Origin: a candidate division WOR-3 bacterium | GTDB lineage: Bacteria; Hydrothermota; Hydrothermia; LBFQ01; DSFT01 | Assembly: GCA_965649115.1 (NCBI GenBank) | Contig: CBFGJN010000063.1 | Coordinates: forward strand, 1 to 10,442 | Direction of reading: 5' to 3' | DNA: 10,442 bases | Part shown: in pieces, positions 5,531 to 10,442 of the stretch | How the letters are laid out: each line of letters opens with the position of its first letter | Position numbering within the stretch: the first letter of the stretch is position 1 | The notes under the pieces: generated by a model | What the model was told of the DNA's origin: nothing | Seen by the model: only the letters and a program-made list of their open reading frames with translations | Database searches by the model: none | Program-made: the position numbers and the translations under genes

Positions 5531-6675
5531 TAGTAAAACCTTCAATTAATGAAATTTTAAGTTATCCAAAAATTGTAAGTGGTCATCAACCAATTTTTTT
5601 CTATTATGGAATTCTATTAAAAGCCATTTTATTAAAAAGTCACAAAAATCACTTATTTTTAATTGCAGACCACGATGAAAGGAATGAAATTTACACTTGG
5701 ACAATAGATGATAATTTCAATATCCATAAAATTTCCTTCTTAAAATTTAGTGAAAAAATTATTTTTGAAAAATTTCCATCTGTTAGTCAAAAGCATTTAT
5801 TTAATTTTTATAAGAGTTTCAAAGCATTAACAAATAAGAAATTATTAAAGAAATTAGAATTTGCCTTTGAATTAGCATTTAATTTAGTCAAAGAAGTTGA
5901 TAATTATAGTGATTTTATGATAAGTTGGACATTTAAGTTTTGTAATTTAAATTTAAATGTTAAGAAAGTTTCTGAAATATCAAAAACTGATGAATTTAAA
6001 AATTTCGTTATTGAAGTTTCAAATAGTGATTTTAATAAAAAATTTAATGAAGTTTTGTTAAAACTAAAAAGAAAACCATTTAGATTGCTTAAAGAAAATG
6101 AACTTCCATTTTGGAAAGTTATTAATAATAAAAGAGAGCCTTTATATAAGGATGATTTAAAAAATTTGGATAAATTGGAAATTAGACCAAGAGCTTGGAC
6201 ACTAACATTATTTTTTAGGAAAAATGGATGGGCATTTTTACATGGTAAGGGTGGTTATGGTTATGATAAAATTATTGAAATGATTTTTGATAATCTTTCA
6301 CCAAAATTTCTTATTACAGGTGATAAATTTTTAGATTTAGATATTGAAATTAAAAGTTTTGATGAGTTTTATAAGCTTAAAAATATCATTAGCGATTTAA
6401 AATGGCATTCTGAATACCTTTTTAAGTGCTTTTGTCCCCTAAAAGATATAAATTATTTCTTTAATTGGAATTTGAATTTAGATGAAAACTATTTGAAATA
6501 CGAAAAATTTAATTTGGTTTTAAATAATCCAAAAGCATTTAATTTGATTAGACAAATTAACGAGAAGTTATTTTTTCAAGCAAAAGAAAGTTCAATTTAT
6601 AATTATTTAATTGATTTATATAAAAGAGCTAAAAATTGTTCATTTAGAGAATTTCCATTTTTTATTGTGGTTTAA
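5518..6675 (+). CDS. Uncharacterised protein with GHQP, ELPFW, RPRA and HGxGGxxYD motifs (possibly distant BshC-like nucleotidyltransferase/ligase fold)
   Basis: 385-aa ORF in an AT-rich context, overlapping tadA by 13 nt; motif-like islands IVSGHQPIFFYYG, ELPFW, IRPRAWTLTLFFR, FLHGKGGYGYD. Function is inferred only. Confidence 0.7.
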   Translation: MERIIVKPSINEILSYPKIVSGHQPIFFYYGILLKAILLKSHKNHLFLIADHDERNEIYTWTIDDNFNIHKISFLKFSEKIIFEKFPSVSQKHLFNFYKSFKALTNKKLLKKLEFAFELAFNLVKEVDNYSDFMISWTFKFCNLNLNVKKVSEISKTDEFKNFVIEVSNSDFNKKFNEVLLKLKRKPFRLLKENELPFWKVINNKREPLYKDDLKNLDKLEIRPRAWTLTLFFRKNGWAFLHGKGGYGYDKIIEMIFDNLSPKFLITGDKFLDLDIEIKSFDEFYKLKNIISDLKWHSEYLFKCFCPLKDINYFFNWNLNLDENYLKYEKFNLVLNNPKAFNLIRQINEKLFFQAKESSIYNYLIDLYKRAKNCSFREFPFFIVV

Positions 6676-6686
6676 AATTTTATATA

Positions 6687-7529
6687 TTGATAAAGCACCT
6701 TATTGAAATTACAAAACCAGGAATTACTTTATGGGTAGGGATTACTGCTTTTGGAGGTTCAATCATTGCTAATGTTGATATTATTAAATCAATAATAATT
6801 AGTTTTTTTGTTATGGTTTCAGCAGGAGGTTCAGCAGTTTTAAATAACTATTTTGATAGAGATATTGATAAAATTATGAATAGAACTAAAAATAGAGCAT
6901 TAGCAAGTAATAAAATAAATCCAAAAATTGCCTTAATTTATGGATTTTTATTATGTATTTTAGGACTTTTAGGAATTTTATATTTTAGTTTTAAAGCTTT
7001 CATTTTAGATTTAATAGCAATAGTATCATATTCGTTTGTTTATACATTTTTAAAAAGAAAAACTCCCTTCTCAATAATAATTGGTTCAATTCCAGGAGCG
7101 CTTCCAACTTCAATTGGATATGTCGCTATGAAAAATGAAGTTGATATTATTGCTTTTAGTCTTTTTTCATTAATGTTTTTATGGCAACCTTCTCATTTTA
7201 TTTATTTGTCTTTATTCTTAAAAGATGATTATAAAAATGCAAAAATCCCTACAATTTCAGTTAAATATAGTTATGAATATAATAAAATTTTAAGCTTTCT
7301 TTATTCATTCTCAATAATTCCAATAACAATAGCAATTTACTATATTGCTAATTTAAGTATCAGCTTTTTGATTTTAGTTCTATTTTTGAATATAATTTGG
7401 ATTACTATTAACTTTACTTATTGGAAAAACATTATTAACGAAAAAATAATGTTTATTTCATCAAATTTTTATGTTTTATTTATATTCTCACTTATTGCCC
7501 TTGATAAAATTATTATTCATAAACCCTAA
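6687..7529 (+). CDS. cyoE: Protoheme IX farnesyltransferase (heme o synthase, UbiA family; CtaB/CyoE)
   Basis: NNYFDRDIDKIMNRTKNR, LKRKTP, GSIPGALP, FLWQPSHF and DDYKNAKIP motifs; multiple hydrophobic segments; TTG start. Confidence 0.92.
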   Translation: MIKHLIEITKPGITLWVGITAFGGSIIANVDIIKSIIISFFVMVSAGGSAVLNNYFDRDIDKIMNRTKNRALASNKINPKIALIYGFLLCILGLLGILYFSFKAFILDLIAIVSYSFVYTFLKRKTPFSIIIGSIPGALPTSIGYVAMKNEVDIIAFSLFSLMFLWQPSHFIYLSLFLKDDYKNAKIPTISVKYSYEYNKILSFLYSFSIIPITIAIYYIANLSISFLILVLFLNIIWITINFTYWKNIINEKIMFISSNFYVLFIFSLIALDKIIIHKP

Positions 7530-8937
7530 AATAAGTTTTTTTATTTATTTTTGAACCTTTAAAAAGCAGAATATAAATTCCATCATTTAAATTTTGAGTG
7601 TTTAAATTAAAAATAATTCTATTTGTTCCTTTAACACTATAAACTTTTTCAATTAATCTTCCAATATCATCAAAAAGATAAACATCAACATCATCATTTT
7701 CATTTAAATAAGCAGAGATTGTTAAAATCTCTCCTCTTTTTATTTTTTTATTTGAAATATATATTTCCAAATTTAAATTTGAACTATCAATATAAACACT
7801 ATTTATTTTATTGGGGGTTCCAAAATCAATTAAGGAACTTTTCCAACTATCCTTCAAATAGCCTTTTAAACTTGGATTTATTTTTTCAAGGGTAAGAACA
7901 CCTTTACCTCCATAAGAAGAACTATAATAAACACTATCAAACTGAAAATTAAATTTTGAAATTAAAACTAAGCTTTCATAATTATCATTCAACGATATAA
8001 AATCTACAACACTATCTGCCCTAAAAACTTTAAAGCTTTTTGGATTTATTTTTCCAATTAATCTAAATTCATTTTTTGCCATATCTAAAATTCTAAATTT
8101 TGACAAATCAATTTCAATATCACTATTATTATAAATTTCAATCCATTCAGGATTATAATCATATTCAATTTCATTTATTATTAAAATTGGATAAAAAATT
8201 GGTACATAAAAGTAATCGTAAAAATTTTTTGAAAGAATTTCAATTTTTGGTGATTTTGGATTTGAAATTGTAATTTCATAATTGCTATTTGGATTTATAG
8301 AAACATTAAAATAGAATGTATCTTTTGAAATGATTTTTATAGTGTCTGAAAACAATTGATTTGATAAATTTTTTATTATAATTTTTAAATAATTTGAAGT
8401 TAAGTAAGCACTATCCAATTTTAATAAGCTGTTTGAGAAGATTGAATTTTGATAGTTTGGTGTTCCATTTACATTTAAACTTATTCCCCATTCGTCAATA
8501 TCATAATTTATTCGTTCAATTGAATGAGCAATAGGAACATTTAAAATTGGTTTCTCAAATTTAGCAATTGTATCATTAAATTGATTTAATATATATATAC
8601 TATCATTTTTTGAAAGACCATTTCCAATGGCATTATCATCAACAGTTAAAACATTTCCAAATAAATTATAATTTATTGGACAATTTAAAAAATAATTACT
8701 ATCAATTATTAGCGTAAATTCCTTTGGTAAAGTAAACATTCTTGATTGAATATAATTTGGAGGATTTTGAACTTGAATAATGTAATCAATATCTTCCCCA
8801 TCTGAAATTTTAAAACCATTTAAATAGATTGTATCATTTGAATTATTATAAATTTCAATATATTCTCCACAACTCTCATCACTTGGATAATTCATTACCT
8901 CATTTATTAAAAGATTTCCTAATAAAATCCAAAACAT
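7513..8937 (-). CDS. Exported/surface protein with two lamin-tail domains and a C-terminal Ig-like (T9SS-CTD/FlgD-like) domain
   Basis: Two repeats of INE...EY/WIEIYN...GTP (LINEVMNYP..GEYIEIYNNS; IINEIEYD..PEWIEIYNNS); C-terminus LFDDIGRLI...LNTQNLNDGIYILLFK; Asn-rich. In-frame stop just upstream fixes the ATG at 8937. Confidence 0.8.
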   Translation of the reverse strand: MFWILLGNLLINEVMNYPSDESCGEYIEIYNNSNDTIYLNGFKISDGEDIDYIIQVQNPPNYIQSRMFTLPKEFTLIIDSNYFLNCPINYNLFGNVLTVDDNAIGNGLSKNDSIYILNQFNDTIAKFEKPILNVPIAHSIERINYDIDEWGISLNVNGTPNYQNSIFSNSLLKLDSAYLTSNYLKIIIKNLSNQLFSDTIKIISKDTFYFNVSINPNSNYEITISNPKSPKIEILSKNFYDYFYVPIFYPILIINEIEYDYNPEWIEIYNNSDIEIDLSKFRILDMAKNEFRLIGKINPKSFKVFRADSVVDFISLNDNYESLVLISKFNFQFDSVYYSSSYGGKGVLTLEKINPSLKGYLKDSWKSSLIDFGTPNKINSVYIDSSNLNLEIYISNKKIKRGEILTISAYLNENDDVDVYLFDDIGRLIEKVYSVKGTNRIIFNLNTQNLNDGIYILLFKGSKINKKTYFRVYE

Positions 8938-10198
8938 AATCTATAAATTTCTTTTCAAGACTTTCAGCATATATTCTTATTATTGGTTCAGTATTTGATG
9001 GTCTAATGTGAATCCATCCATTACTTTGCTTTAAATATAATCCATCTTCAAAATTTTTTTCAAAATTTGAAAATTCTTTTAAAAACTTTTCCTTGATTTC
9101 TTCAAAATTATCGTTTTCAATTTTTTCCTTTATAAAATGTGTTCTTGGAAGATTATTTATAAGTTTAAAAATTCTTCCCTCAACATAGCTATTTAAAATC
9201 AAACCTAAGGATAGTAATCCATCTCTTGTTTTGTTAAATTTTGGATAAATAATTCCACCGTTTCCTTCTCCTCCAATAATACTTTTTGTTTCTTCAATTC
9301 TTTTTATTACATTTGCTTCGCCTACTTTTGAGCGAATTACATTTACCCCAAATTCTTTCGCTATAAAATCAACTAACATCGTTGTAGAATAATTCACTAC
9401 AATATCTCCTTTCTCTCTTTGAAGAATTTCATATATTCCAACTAAAATTGTCCATTCCTCTGAAAACAATCCGAAATTTTTCAATCCAAATAAAAGTCTA
9501 TCTCCATCCGGATCAGTAGCAAAAACTAAATCACATTCATCTTTTAGTTCTTCTAAATGTCTTAAATGTTCAATTCTTGGTTCAGGATTTCTTGTAAATA
9601 CCCCACTATTATCACAATTTATCTTAATAATGTTTTTTATACCAAATTTTTCAATTAGTTCTGGAAAAACCTTATAGCCTGCACCATTCACGCAATCAAT
9701 AGCAACTTTTATTGAACTATTAATAATTTTTAAACCTACAAAATCAACAATAGATGAAATATGAATTTTATAACTATTTTCGGCATATATTAAATCACCT
9801 ATACATGATGAAAAATTTAAATTGTTTAAATAATTTTTTAATGTTTCAAGTTCTTCTTCAAATAAAAATCTATTTTTTATGGCAAGTTTCAATGCATTAT
9901 ATTCACTTGGATTATGACTTGCTGTAATAATAATACCTCCATCTAAATTTAAGTTTTTTATTATATATAAGCTTGTTGGTGTTGGACAAATTGAAAGACT
10001 ATAAACATTTTTACATGTTGAGAGAGCAGTATTTATAACTATTGGATATAGGACTTTTCCAGAGCTTCTTGTATCTCTTGAAACAACAATGTTTTTACCA
10101 TCTAAATAATTACAAAATGCATTTGTCCAAATTAAAGCACTATAAGGATTTAATTCATTTGGATATAATCCCCTTATTCCTGAGACTGAGATTTTCAA
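8900..10198 (-). CDS. glmM: Alpha-D-phosphohexomutase (phosphoglucosamine mutase / phosphomannomutase)
   Basis: SGIRG, catalytic TASHNP, metal-binding DPDGDR, sugar-binding GEGNGG, IRPSNTEP; TTG start. Specificity (GlmM vs PMM/PGM) cannot be resolved by eye. Confidence 0.85.
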   Translation of the reverse strand: MKISVSGIRGLYPNELNPYSALIWTNAFCNYLDGKNIVVSRDTRSSGKVLYPIVINTALSTCKNVYSLSICPTPTSLYIIKNLNLDGGIIITASHNPSEYNALKLAIKNRFLFEEELETLKNYLNNLNFSSCIGDLIYAENSYKIHISSIVDFVGLKIINSSIKVAIDCVNGAGYKVFPELIEKFGIKNIIKINCDNSGVFTRNPEPRIEHLRHLEELKDECDLVFATDPDGDRLLFGLKNFGLFSEEWTILVGIYEILQREKGDIVVNYSTTMLVDFIAKEFGVNVIRSKVGEANVIKRIEETKSIIGGEGNGGIIYPKFNKTRDGLLSLGLILNSYVEGRIFKLINNLPRTHFIKEKIENDNFEEIKEKFLKEFSNFEKNFEDGLYLKQSNGWIHIRPSNTEPIIRIYAESLEKKFIDYVLDFIRKSFNK

Positions 10199-10204
10199 TT
10201 TTCA

Positions 10205-10214
10205 AAATTTTAAA
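10205..10214 (-). promoter_or_regulatory. Putative -10 element (TAAAAT 10212-10207) 8 nt before the glmM TTG; leaderless-type promoter
   Basis: Minus strand reads ACTTTAAAATTTTGAAAATTG; no Shine-Dalgarno. Confidence 0.55.
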
Positions 10215-10234
10215 GTAGAAATTGAAAAATTAGG

Positions 10235-10438
10235 TGCTTTGTCCAATAATTCTGGAAATATAATCATTTCTATGTTTTCCCACCCACCCTGAAATAAAGG
10301 CTACGCCTTTAAAATGCCCATTTTTCGGCTTTAGGGGGCTTCGCCCCCCATCAAAACCCCTCTAAAATCAATAATTTCCTTAAAATTTTTATAAGTTATT
10401 GATAATCAATAACCTAACAACAATTATTGGACAAAGCA
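10235..10438 (-). mobile_element. MITE-like repeat copy E (204 bp, full length, inverted, perfect 17-bp TIRs)
   Basis: TGCTTTGTCCAATAATT (10235-10251) and AATTATTGGACAAAGCA (10422-10438) are exact inverted repeats; the interior is the reverse complement of the copy D layout. Confidence 0.88.
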
Positions 10439-10442
10439 AAAA

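Overview
This is a very AT-rich bacterial window. It carries tRNA-Val(TAC), a DPM1-like GT2 glycosyltransferase that probably starts at a non-canonical ATT 3 nt after the tRNA, and a + strand run of orphan nuoG-like, rimO, tadA, an uncharacterised GHQP-motif protein and heme o synthase. Converging on these from the - strand are a phosphohexomutase (glmM-like) and a double lamin-tail-domain protein. The most notable signal is non-coding: five copies of a ~205-bp MITE-like element (1-127, 916-1007, 1017-1180, 1190-1395, 10235-10438). The element has 17-bp terminal inverted repeats, 9-bp TSD-like spacers, an IHF-consensus site, covarying C(GNA)G triloop hairpins and a strand-specific GGGTGGGTGGG tract. 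At all three loci the gene-proximal copy ends 21-22 bp upstream of a TAAAAT -10-like box, and two of those boxes appear to drive leaderless mRNAs. All calls are from manual reading; no searches were run.
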